Source: Candidatus Woykebacteria bacterium RIFCSPLOWO2_01_FULL_43_14
GTDB lineage: Bacteria > Patescibacteriota > Microgenomatia > Woykebacterales > 2-01-FULL-43-14
Length of the DNA: 32,100 nucleotides
Reading direction: 5' to 3'
Assembly: GCA_001816835.1 (NCBI GenBank)
Contig: MHDB01000013.1
Span: 25,334-57,433, forward strand
The notes below the pieces were generated by a model. It was not told where the DNA came from. It saw only the letters and a list, made by a program, of their open reading frames with translations, and did not search any database. A program made the position numbers and the translations under genes. Position 1 is the first letter of the stretch, and every line of letters begins with the position of its first letter. Positions 9,504 through 17,538 of the stretch are shown here, in pieces.

Positions 9504-9942
9504 TATTCCGGGTGTATTAACTAAAAAAGCTAAAAGAATTGGCCGAGGGCACGGTAGTGGTAAAGGTAAGACTTCTAGTCGTGGTACCAAAGGCCAAAAA
9601 TCTCGTGGCCGCATTAATCCTAGCTTTGAAGGAGGCCAGCTTAGAATTGTAAAAAGATTGCCTTTTAGACGTGGTGTTGGTAACCCTGGCTATAAATCAA
9701 AGTTTGTGGTTCTCAACGTAAGTGACCTTAACCAATTTGAGGCAGGAAGTGTCGTTGATGCTAAGTTCTTGGTCGAGAAAGGCATGATTTCCCAAGGAGA
9801 CGCTCGGAAAGGTGTTAAGATATTGGGTAATGGGGAACTGAAAGTAGCCCTAACTGTGAATCTTTCGATGTCAAAAGTAGCTAAAGAAAAAATTGGGGGT
9901 GCCGGAGGAACTACGCCGACTGAGGCAGTCAGCAATAATTAA
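9490..9942 (+). CDS. rplO: 50S ribosomal protein L15
   Basis: [38 protein letters not shown]. Confidence 0.99.
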   Translation: MKLNNIPGVLTKKAKRIGRGHGSGKGKTSSRGTKGQKSRGRINPSFEGGQLRIVKRLPFRRGVGNPGYKSKFVVLNVSDLNQFEAGSVVDAKFLVEKGMISQGDARKGVKILGNGELKVALTVNLSMSKVAKEKIGGAGGTTPTEAVSNN

Positions 9943-11225
9943 TGCTCAAATACATACGAGCTTTTTGGAATACACCACAGCTGAAGAAAAAATTACTAAT
10001 CACCACTGCTGTGCTTATTATCTTTCGTTTGGTGACTTTCATTCCTGTTCCTGGAGCGGATGTTGATAACCTTAAGCAAATTATTTCTCGTTACGAAGTT
10101 TTGGGGTTGTTAGATCTTTTTTCTGGGGGGACTTTTTTCAACTTCTCTATTATCGCCCTTGGACTTAATCCTTATATTAATGCCTCCATTATCATGCAGC
10201 TTTTTACAATGGTTTTCCCCAAGCTTGAAGAGCTTTCCAAAGAAGGTGAGTATGGTAGGCGTAAAATCAATCAATATACTAGATATCTCACTGTACCTTT
10301 ATCTTTGCTCCAGTCTTTTGGGATAGTCACTTTTTTGCAAAGAGGTGACTTAGCGGTTTTTGGACAACTTAGCACTCTTGACCTGCTGGCGGTTATCTTG
10401 ACTCTAGTTGCTGGGGCAATCTTTCTGATGTGGTTAAGCGAACTGATAACAGAGAATGGCATTGGTAACGGTGCTTCGGTAATAATCTTGGTAGGTATTG
10501 TCAGCCGACTTCCAGTAGTGTTAGTCCAGACTTTTAGCTTACTGGATGAAACAAAAATCTTTAGTCTAATTGGTCTCTTGGTAATTGCTTTTTTGGTGAT
10601 TACAGGGATCGTTTTTGTCAACGAAGCTCACCGCCGTATTCCAGTTCAGTACGCTCGGAGAGCCAAAGACTCGACCCAAACCACCCAGATGACCTACCTG
10701 CCTTTACGTGTTAACCAGGCGGGAGTAATCCCTATTATTTTTGCTATTTCCTTAGTCTCTCTACCTTCTATTCTAGGTTCATTATTGACTACCTCAAAAA
10801 GCCCTTGGTTGCTAGATCTATCCTCTAAATTAGTTACTTATTTTCAAACTACCAATCCGGTTTACTACACTACCTACTTTGTCCTGGTTTTAGGGTTCAC
10901 CTATCTTTATACTGCGGTTAGCTTCAACCCCACTAAGATTGCCGAGGAAATCAAGAAACACGGCGGTTTTATCCCTGGTATTAGACCCGGCCGTCCGACC
11001 AGTGAATATCTAAATTTTATCCTGAATCGCATTACACTACCCGGAGCGATCTTCTTGGGCGTAATAGCAGTCTTACCTTTCGTAGTTACCCAGCTTACCA
11101 ATTTTCAGAACTTGGCTATCGGTGGGACGGGACTTTTGATTGTCGTCTCGGTAATTTTGGAAACTTCTAAACAAATCCGTTCTATGTTAATTCAGCGTAG
11201 TTACGAAGGTTTTCTAGGAAAATAA
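9942..11225 (+). CDS. secY: Preprotein translocase subunit SecY
   Basis: FSIIALGLNPYINASIIMQL, GIGNGASVII, AGVIPIIFA, IPGIRPG; about 10 hydrophobic segments. Confidence 0.99.
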   Translation: MLKYIRAFWNTPQLKKKLLITTAVLIIFRLVTFIPVPGADVDNLKQIISRYEVLGLLDLFSGGTFFNFSIIALGLNPYINASIIMQLFTMVFPKLEELSKEGEYGRRKINQYTRYLTVPLSLLQSFGIVTFLQRGDLAVFGQLSTLDLLAVILTLVAGAIFLMWLSELITENGIGNGASVIILVGIVSRLPVVLVQTFSLLDETKIFSLIGLLVIAFLVITGIVFVNEAHRRIPVQYARRAKDSTQTTQMTYLPLRVNQAGVIPIIFAISLVSLPSILGSLLTTSKSPWLLDLSSKLVTYFQTTNPVYYTTYFVLVLGFTYLYTAVSFNPTKIAEEIKKHGGFIPGIRPGRPTSEYLNFILNRITLPGAIFLGVIAVLPFVVTQLTNFQNLAIGGTGLLIVVSVILETSKQIRSMLIQRSYEGFLGK

Positions 11226-11777
11226 ATGGCTAGCAGGAGCGTTTACTTAGTTTTTGGCTCGGAAGGCTCAGGTAAGACTACCCACGCCAAACTTTTGGCG
11301 GATTACCTAAAGATTCCTTTTGTTTCCTCAGGATCATTAATAAGAAAAGAAATTGAGTCAGAAAGTGTGATAGGTAAAAAGTTTGCCATCCGTAGCTCTG
11401 CTTACGTTGAAGATGATTTGGTAATACCTTTTATTTTAAGTGTTCTTGAGGATAGTAAATACCGTAATGGCTTCATTATTGAAGGTTTTCCCAGGGATCT
11501 GAATCAATTAAAGTCTCTGCAAGAGTTTCTAGCAAGAAAAGATTTAGCTATAAAAAAGGCTATTTACGTAACTTTATCCGAAAGTGAAGCTATAAGACGC
11601 TTAATTCAGCGTGCTCGCAGCGATGACACGCCGGATCAGATAAAAGCTCGACTTAGCGCCTACAGAGAACACAAAAAAGAGATGATTGACGAGTTGAGTC
11701 GAAGTAAGTTACTACTTGAGATAGACAATTCCCGTGCCAAAGAAGAGGTATTTGAAGAGCTTAAAAATAAAATATGA
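11226..11777 (+). CDS. adk: Adenylate kinase-family NMP kinase, short-LID, divergent motifs
   Basis: P-loop GSEGSGKTT, SSGSLIR, GFIIEGFPR, RARSDD; canonical secY-adk-map position. Confidence 0.88.
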   Translation: MASRSVYLVFGSEGSGKTTHAKLLADYLKIPFVSSGSLIRKEIESESVIGKKFAIRSSAYVEDDLVIPFILSVLEDSKYRNGFIIEGFPRDLNQLKSLQEFLARKDLAIKKAIYVTLSESEAIRRLIQRARSDDTPDQIKARLSAYREHKKEMIDELSRSKLLLEIDNSRAKEEVFEELKNKI

Positions 11778-12523
11778 TTAAGATAAAAAATGATAAAGAG
11801 ATTTCCTTGATGGCTAAGTCGGGAAGAATAGCTGCCTTGGTTTTGGAAAAAGCCGTTGAACTAGCTAAACCGGGCACAACTACTTTAGAGATTGAGGAGG
11901 CTGTGGAGGAAGAGATTAGCAAACTGGGCGGGGAAAGTGCCTTTAAGAAAGTGAAAGGTTACCATTATGCGACTTGCTTTAGCGTTAATGACGAGGTGGT
12001 TCATGGACTACCTTCGGGTTATGTGTTAAAAAATGGCGATATTTTGGGTATAGATCTGGGAGCTACCTATCAAGGATATTTTTCTGACACCGCGACCACT
12101 GTTATAGTAGGTGGTGTCTCTGAAAAAACGACCAGGCGTTTTTTAGAAGTGGGGAAAGAAACCCTAGCTAAAGCTATAAAAGAAGCTCATATAGGTAAGA
12201 AAATTGGAGATATAAGTGCCACGATTCAGGAAAATATTGAGGCATCTGGTTACAGTGTTGTAAGAGAGCTGACTGGTCATGGCATAGGAACCTATTTGCA
12301 TGAAGAGCCTCCCGTGCCTGGGGTAGGTAAGAGAAATACTGGGCCAGAGTTAAAAGAGGGCATGGTTATTGCTATAGAGGTAATTTACAATATGGGTAAA
12401 CCAAGAGTAAGCATTTTGGATGATGGCTGGACTATAGTTACTTCGGATGGCTCTTTGTCAGGTTTGTTTGAGCATAGTATTGCGGTCACCAAAAGTGGTC
12501 CTGTAGTATTGACTAAAGTTTAA
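11774..12523 (+). CDS. map: Methionine aminopeptidase type I
   Basis: SVNDEVVHGLP, GIDLG..SDTA, LTGHGIG..LHEEP, IAIE, FEHSI. Confidence 0.98.
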   Translation: MIKIKNDKEISLMAKSGRIAALVLEKAVELAKPGTTTLEIEEAVEEEISKLGGESAFKKVKGYHYATCFSVNDEVVHGLPSGYVLKNGDILGIDLGATYQGYFSDTATTVIVGGVSEKTTRRFLEVGKETLAKAIKEAHIGKKIGDISATIQENIEASGYSVVRELTGHGIGTYLHEEPPVPGVGKRNTGPELKEGMVIAIEVIYNMGKPRVSILDDGWTIVTSDGSLSGLFEHSIAVTKSGPVVLTKV

Positions 12524-12537
12524 GTATAGCGTAGAAT
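12509..12537 (+). promoter_or_regulatory. Internal sigma70-type promoter for the infA-rpmJ-alpha genes
   Basis: TTGACT-N17-TAGAAT overlapping the map stop. Confidence 0.65.
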
Positions 12538-12554
12538 TGGCAGGTTAAATAAAT

Positions 12555-12812
12555 ATGGCAGATAAAGAATTTATTGAAGTAGATGGTGTGGTTAAAGAAT
12601 CTTTGCCGAATACCATGTTTCGAATTGAAGCGGATTTTAGTAAGGTGCTGGAGCAAATTGGCAACCAAACTACAGAACCAAAGCGGCTCCTTCTTTGTCA
12701 CATCTCAGGGAAGATGAGAATGCACTATATTCGGATTCTTCCTGGAGACAGGGTAAAAATTGAAGTTAGCCCTTATGATCTGAACAAAGGGCGGGTTGTT
12801 TACAGGTATTAG
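12555..12812 (+). CDS. infA: Translation initiation factor IF-1 with loop insertion
   Basis: [48 protein letters not shown]. Confidence 0.98.
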   Translation: MADKEFIEVDGVVKESLPNTMFRIEADFSKVLEQIGNQTTEPKRLLLCHISGKMRMHYIRILPGDRVKIEVSPYDLNKGRVVYRY

Positions 12813-12821
12813 TTGCAAATT

Positions 12822-12935
12822 ATGAAAGTCCAAGCCTCGGTTAAGAAAAGATGTAATAAGTGTAAAATTATAAGGCGCGAAGGTGTTGTTAGGGTTCTGT
12901 GTGAAAATCCGCGCCACAAACAGCGACAAGGATAG
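12822..12935 (+). CDS. rpmJ: 50S ribosomal protein L36 (Zn-binding form); not in the ORF track
   Basis: Translated by hand: [37 protein letters not shown]. Confidence 0.98.
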   Translation: MKVQASVKKRCNKCKIIRREGVVRVLCENPRHKQRQG

Positions 12936-13025
12936 ATGGGAAATTTACAATTTACAATTTACAATTTTCAAATTAGCTCGGGGCCAGTGAAGGATGGTGC
13001 AACACCATCCGGAGCTTTAGCGTAG
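12936..13025 (+). CDS. Putative 29-aa bridging micro-ORF ([29 protein letters not shown])
   Basis: ATG immediately follows the rpmJ TAG; its own TAG ends 1 nt before the rpsM ATG. Confidence 0.45.
   Translation: MGNLQFTIYNFQISSGPVKDGATPSGALA
12944..12971 (+). repeat. Tandem heptamer TTTACAA x3 plus TTTTCAA
   Basis: Read directly from the sequence. Confidence 0.9.
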
Positions 13026-13026
13026 G

Positions 13027-13446
13027 ATGGCAAGAATAGCAGGAGTAGAATTACCTCAAAATAAAAAAGTATTGTTTGCCCTTCCTTATATATACGGATT
13101 GGGTCTAACTTTGTCTGAGAAAATTACTGAAGCAACTAAAATTGACCCAGACAAACGAGTGAAAGATCTTACTGAGGATGAGGTAATCAAACTTCAGAAA
13201 GAAGTAGAAAAATATGAGGTTGAGGGTGATCTCAGAAGATTAGTCATTGGTAATATCCGAAGATTGGAAGACCTCAAAACTTATCGGGGCCGGCGTCATC
13301 AGAAAGGTTTACCAGTCAATGGGCAACGCACCAGAAGTAATGCTCGTACCAAAAGAGGCAAGAGGGTAACAATTGGAGCTATGAAGAAAGACGCAATCTT
13401 GAAAATGGAGGCTAGCGCCAAGACTAAAGCTCCAGCCACAAAGTAG
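13027..13446 (+). CDS. rpsM: 30S ribosomal protein S13
   Basis: [42 protein letters not shown]. Confidence 0.99.
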   Translation: MARIAGVELPQNKKVLFALPYIYGLGLTLSEKITEATKIDPDKRVKDLTEDEVIKLQKEVEKYEVEGDLRRLVIGNIRRLEDLKTYRGRRHQKGLPVNGQRTRSNARTKRGKRVTIGAMKKDAILKMEASAKTKAPATK

Positions 13447-13465
13447 GTTCTAGGGAATTGTATTT

Positions 13466-13852
13466 ATGACTGAATCAAAAAAAGAAACAACTAAGAAAGT
13501 AAAAGAGGTGTCAGCAGGTAAAGTTTTTGTCACAGCGACATTTAATAACACCTTAATTACAATCACTGATAGTAATGGTGATACCTTAACCTGTGGAAGT
13601 GCGGGCAGCAGCGGTTTTAAAGGTGCTCGTAAGTCGACTCCGTATGCAGCAACGACTGCAGTGACTGATGTAGCCAGAAAGGCTCAAAATATGGGGCTAA
13701 AAGAGGTTGAGGTGTATATCAAAGGTCCTGGTGCAGGTCGTGATGCTGCTATAAGGGCTCTACGGGGCTTAGGGCTGCGAATTAGCGCTATTGCTGACGT
13801 TACGCCGATACCTCACAACGGCACCCGCCCAAGAAAGATGAGGAGGGTGTAG
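13466..13852 (+). CDS. rpsK: 30S ribosomal protein S11
   Basis: ATFNNTLITITD, GFKGARKSTPYAA, GPGAGRDAAIRAL, DVTPIPHNG. Confidence 0.99.
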   Translation: MTESKKETTKKVKEVSAGKVFVTATFNNTLITITDSNGDTLTCGSAGSSGFKGARKSTPYAATTAVTDVARKAQNMGLKEVEVYIKGPGAGRDAAIRALRGLGLRISAIADVTPIPHNGTRPRKMRRV

Positions 13853-13853
13853 T

Positions 13854-13916
13854 ATGAACCATGATTACATCAGAACCATATTTTTACTTGACTATTTGAA
13901 AGAGGTTGAGGCGTAA
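13854..13916 (+). CDS. Putative 20-aa bridging micro-ORF (MNHDYIRTIFLLDYLKEVEA)
   Basis: ATG 1 nt after the rpsK stop; TAA 2 nt before the rpsD ATG. Shares MNH[ED]..RT[LI]F..[IL]KE with the ORF at 6376. Confidence 0.5.
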   Translation: MNHDYIRTIFLLDYLKEVEA

Positions 13917-13918
13917 AA

Positions 13919-14533
13919 ATGGCGAGGTATACTGGACCAAAATTTAGATTGGATCGAAGGGAAGGGGTTAATCTTTTCCTTAAGGGTGAACGAAGCTTAG
14001 GTCCTAAACATCCTTTAGAAAGAAAAGGAGCTGTTCCTCCTGGTCAGCATGGTCAGAAGAATACTCATAAGAAAGTAAGTGACTATGGGCAACAGCTCAG
14101 GGAAAAACAAAAAGTAAAAAGAATGTACGGAATCTTGGAAAAGCAGTTTAAGAACTACTTTACCCTGGCCGCCAAGAAAAAAGGTTCGACAGGAGAAACG
14201 CTACTTCAACTTTTAGAAAGCCGACTAGATAATGTTGTTTATAGACTTGGTTTAGCGGCTTCCCGCAACCAGGCAAGACAATTTGTGACCCATGGACATG
14301 TTTTGGTTGAGGGTGAGAAGTTGGATATCCCATCGTATAGGGTTAAGGTCGGGGAAGTAGTATCTATTAAGGGTAAGATGACCCACCTGCTGCCCCCGCT
14401 AGATAAGAATGCTAAGATTTCTGAGTGGTTGGAAAAGAAGGCTCTAGCTGGTAAACTATCCAGGATGCCACAGAGAGAAGAACTTGACCCAACAATAAAC
14501 GAACAATTAATAGTTGAATACTATTCTAGATAA
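13919..14533 (+). CDS. rpsD: 30S ribosomal protein S4
   Basis: MARYTGP, PPGQHG, QLREKQK, LESRLDNVVYRLG, LIVEYYSR. Confidence 0.99.
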   Translation: MARYTGPKFRLDRREGVNLFLKGERSLGPKHPLERKGAVPPGQHGQKNTHKKVSDYGQQLREKQKVKRMYGILEKQFKNYFTLAAKKKGSTGETLLQLLESRLDNVVYRLGLAASRNQARQFVTHGHVLVEGEKLDIPSYRVKVGEVVSIKGKMTHLLPPLDKNAKISEWLEKKALAGKLSRMPQREELDPTINEQLIVEYYSR

Positions 14534-14587
14534 TTAATTAGCTTACTCCGTCAGCTGGTGGGGTACAAACTAATAGTAGGAGGCAAA

Positions 14588-15523
14588 ATGCTCGATCAGA
14601 TTAATATTTCGGTCCTGAAGCAGGATCATAATTACGGTGAGATAGTTGTTGAACCATTGCCACAAGGTTATGGGTTGACTCTTGGTAATGCCTTAAGACG
14701 TGTACTACTTACGTCTTTACCTGGCATGGCTGTCACGTCGGTAAAAATCACTGGGGTGGCTCACGAATACTCTTCGATTGAGGGTGTAAAAGAGGACGTC
14801 GTCCAGATTCTTCTCAATCTAAAAAGAGTTAGACTTTCTCCTGAGACAGATAAAGAGATAAAAACAGGTGATATAAAGATTTCTTTGTCTGAAAAAGGTT
14901 CCAAAGAGGTTAAGGCCGGGGACTTTAAGGTAATCGGGCCTGCCAAAATCGCGAACCCAGAGCTGGTAGTCGCTACTCTCACTAGTGCTAAATCCAAGTT
15001 GGATCTGGAGGCAAGTGTCGAGTATGGTTCAGGGTATGTACCAGTGGAAGACCGCAAGGCGGCAGGTAACGGCACGATTCCACTCGACGCTGTTTATAGT
15101 CCTGTGATGCGGGTTAACTACAAAGTCGAAGCAACCCGTGTTGGGCAGATTACCAACTTTGACAAACTGACTATTCAAGTTTATACCGATGGGACTATTA
15201 CGCCTGAGGAGACCATTAAGTCTGCTTCCAGGATTTTGGGAGACTACTTCGGAGTTCTCCAAGGTCCCTACGGGGTAGGGGCTTCCAAGAAAGCGCCCAA
15301 AAACCAGTCTTCTAGCACTAAATTAGCTAACGACGCACCGATTGAGGAGTTGGATTTACCAACTCGGGTGACGAATTCGTTAAAAACGGCTGGGATTGAA
15401 ACTCTAGGTAACCTTATAGAGACACCTCGAGAAAAAATTATGGCTCTTAAAAACCTTGGAGCTAAGTCCTTTATTACAATAGAGGAAAAGCTTAAAGAAA
15501 AAGGTATAGCAATTAGCGAATAA
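14588..15523 (+). CDS. rpoA: RNA polymerase alpha subunit
   Basis: EPLPQGYGLTLGNALRRVLL, HEYSSIEGVKEDV, alpha-CTD IEELDLPTRVTNSLK. ATG 14588 follows AGGAGG. Confidence 0.99.
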   Translation: MLDQINISVLKQDHNYGEIVVEPLPQGYGLTLGNALRRVLLTSLPGMAVTSVKITGVAHEYSSIEGVKEDVVQILLNLKRVRLSPETDKEIKTGDIKISLSEKGSKEVKAGDFKVIGPAKIANPELVVATLTSAKSKLDLEASVEYGSGYVPVEDRKAAGNGTIPLDAVYSPVMRVNYKVEATRVGQITNFDKLTIQVYTDGTITPEETIKSASRILGDYFGVLQGPYGVGASKKAPKNQSSSTKLANDAPIEELDLPTRVTNSLKTAGIETLGNLIETPREKIMALKNLGAKSFITIEEKLKEKGIAISE

Positions 15524-15545
15524 GACCTCAAAAGGAATTTGAACT

Positions 15546-16028
15546 ATGCGTAAATCAGTTTATGGTTACAGATTAAGTCGAAATAGCAATCAAAGAAAAG
15601 CCTTGTTTAAAGGTCTTATGAACGCGCTTATAATGCGTGAAGGAATCGAGACTACAATAACTAAGGCTAAAGCTATCAAAGGACCTTTTGAGAAGTTGGT
15701 AACCAAGGCGAAAGACAACACCATCACTGCAAGACGGACTCTTATCGCTAAGCTCGGTATGGAAAATACAGCTGCCAAAATGGTAGAATTGATCGGCCCA
15801 AGATTTAAGGACCGCAGTGGTGGCTACACCAGAATTATTAAGATCGGTCCACGACACGGCGATAACGCGTTGATGGTGAGACTTGAATTTGTAGAAGAAA
15901 TAAAACCTGTCGAAACCAAAGCAGTTAAGAAAGTGGAATCTTCTCAGTCGCCTAAGATAAAAGTAACCAGAAAGACTGTGGTCAAGAAAGAAAAACCAGA
16001 ACCTAAGAAGGAAGATAAAAGTGCTTAA
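15546..16028 (+). CDS. rplQ: 50S ribosomal protein L17 with Lys/Glu-rich tail
   Basis: IETTITKAK, RFKDRSGGYTRIIKIGPRHGDNA. Confidence 0.98.
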   Translation: MRKSVYGYRLSRNSNQRKALFKGLMNALIMREGIETTITKAKAIKGPFEKLVTKAKDNTITARRTLIAKLGMENTAAKMVELIGPRFKDRSGGYTRIIKIGPRHGDNALMVRLEFVEEIKPVETKAVKKVESSQSPKIKVTRKTVVKKEKPEPKKEDKSA

Positions 16029-16458
16029 AAAAACGACCCTTGTTATGAAAAAAACGCAAATTATCCCAAAATGGTATCTTATTGACGTGAAAGATAAGGT
16101 CTTAGGACGCGCTGCGACTAAAATAGCTAGGTTGCTTTTGGGTAAAGATAAGCCGACTCTATCGGATAATTTACCAGTTGGCGATTTTGTTATTGTGACC
16201 AATAGCAAGGCAGTTGGGGTAAGTGGTCGGAAAGAAGAAGATAAAAATTACTACAACTACAGCGGTTATCCCAGCGGTCTTAGAGTAAGAACACTTCGAG
16301 TGGTTAGAAAAACCAAACCTGAGGAAGTCATTAGACACGCTGTTTGGGGGATGATGCCTAAGACCAAGTTGGGTAAGGAATTGATGGCTAGGTTACATAT
16401 CTACCCGGGAATCGAGCACTCTCATGAAGCTCAAAAGCCTGAGAAGGTGGCGGTATAG
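16021..16458 (+). CDS. rplM: 50S ribosomal protein L13
   Basis: WYLID..VLGRAAT, GDFVIVTN, YSGYPSGLR, AVWGMMPK, HEAQKP. Confidence 0.98.
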   Translation: MLKKTTLVMKKTQIIPKWYLIDVKDKVLGRAATKIARLLLGKDKPTLSDNLPVGDFVIVTNSKAVGVSGRKEEDKNYYNYSGYPSGLRVRTLRVVRKTKPEEVIRHAVWGMMPKTKLGKELMARLHIYPGIEHSHEAQKPEKVAV

Positions 16459-16460
16459 CT

Positions 16461-16910
16461 ATGGCACAAGAAGTTAAAGAAAAAAAGACTACCGTCCTTA
16501 AGCGACCAAAGATAAGCAAACCACAATGGTATGAAGGTACTGGAAGGCGAAAGACTGCTATTGCTCGAGTGAGGGTCTTTTTAGGTAAAGAACCTATGAC
16601 TATAAATGGCGTTGCTGTTGATAGTTACTTCCCCGGAGCAAGTGCCAAAAGAGAATATGAGCGACCTTTAAGTCTGGTTAATAGACTTGATTCTCTTACC
16701 GCTACGGTTAAAGTGCTCGGGGGTGGTTCCCATTCACAACTTGGTGCTCTAGTGCACGGCCTTGCCAACGCTTTAATAAAATTTGACCCCACTTTCCGTT
16801 CCCAGCTAAGCGTGGCGGGATTACTAACTCGGGATTCTCGAATGAAAGAGAGTCGTAAGTTTGGTTTGGCCGGTAAGGCAAGAGCCAAAAAACAATCTCC
16901 AAAACGCTAG
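16461..16910 (+). CDS. rpsI: 30S ribosomal protein S9
   Basis: GTGRRKTAIARV, GGGSHSQ, LLTRDSRMKESRKFG, QSPKR. Confidence 0.99.
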   Translation: MAQEVKEKKTTVLKRPKISKPQWYEGTGRRKTAIARVRVFLGKEPMTINGVAVDSYFPGASAKREYERPLSLVNRLDSLTATVKVLGGGSHSQLGALVHGLANALIKFDPTFRSQLSVAGLLTRDSRMKESRKFGLAGKARAKKQSPKR

Positions 16911-17182
16911 TTTTTGTACAATTCGCTGTGGGTTCCAAGCATTTCAAAAATAATAACCGTTTTTGTCTCGGAGTAAATTGCACGCCAGTCACCAGTGATA
17001 TTGATACTTCTAAGATTGCTAAGACTGCCAGATAATTTATGGTTATTCAGTTGGGGTTGAAAAGGGTCTTGGTTGAAAACATCTCGTCTATCTAAAAAGG
17101 CTATTTTTATCTCAATTGGAGCTCTCTTGAGCTGCTTTTGAAATCTTCTTGAGTATTCAACTCTTTTTGTGTTTTCGATCAT
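16907..17182 (-). CDS. Type II TA toxin, RelE/YafQ superfamily mRNA interferase
   Basis: YSRRFQKQLK, LNNHKLSGSLSNLRSINITGDWRAIY, LGTHSELY. Confidence 0.92.
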   Translation of the reverse strand: MIENTKRVEYSRRFQKQLKRAPIEIKIAFLDRRDVFNQDPFQPQLNNHKLSGSLSNLRSINITGDWRAIYSETKTVIIFEMLGTHSELYKN

Positions 17183-17462
17183 GGTCTATAAGGTCATTGA
17201 GATATTTTTGCTCTTCTTGCCAAGTCTCAAAAGAGATCACTTGACCCGCTTTGATGTCTTCAGCGGATTCTTTGAGGGATTGAATAAGATATTCAGAGGG
17301 CTCCTCTTTACGAGTACTAAATGTGACAGTTTTGGTTCGGGTTAGCTCTTTTAGATAAGCATTAATAAGACTACTAAGACTAAAGCCAAGGTCACTTGCC
17401 ACTTTCTGGGCACGCTTTTTTAATTTTTGGTCAATCTTAACGTTCACAACAGCTGAATTCAT
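17157..17462 (-). CDS. Type II TA antitoxin, RelB/DinJ family
   Basis: RHH-like VNVKIDQKLKKRAQKVASDLGFSLSSLINAYLKEL; overlaps the toxin start. Confidence 0.9.
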   Translation of the reverse strand: MNSAVVNVKIDQKLKKRAQKVASDLGFSLSSLINAYLKELTRTKTVTFSTRKEEPSEYLIQSLKESAEDIKAGQVISFETWQEEQKYLNDLIDHDRKHKKS

Positions 17463-17498
17463 ATATACTTAGTATATACTATATATAGACTAAGTCAA
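17462..17498 (-). promoter_or_regulatory. TA promoter with overlapping palindromic operator
   Basis: TTGACT-N16-TATACT ending 8 nt before the ATG; palindrome TATATACT-T-AGTATATA at 17462-17478. Confidence 0.6.
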
Positions 17499-17500
17499 TA

Positions 17501-17538
17501 GAAATAAGAAAGGTGTTGCATTCAACTACAACACCTTT
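17501..17538 (-). terminator. Intrinsic terminator overlapping the purD stop
   Basis: AAAGGTGTTG...CAACACCTTT 10-bp inverted repeat followed by CTTATTTC on the minus strand. Confidence 0.7.

Noticed and set aside
711-12971. Short repeats as a possible CRISPR array
   Set aside because: The units are 7 bp, contiguous and lack unique spacers, and no cas genes are present.
1851-16992. Many minus-strand ORFs (60-211 aa) opposite ribosomal genes, for example 15573-16208
   Set aside because: Antisense shadows of conserved genes with no motifs and reverse-complement-type composition.
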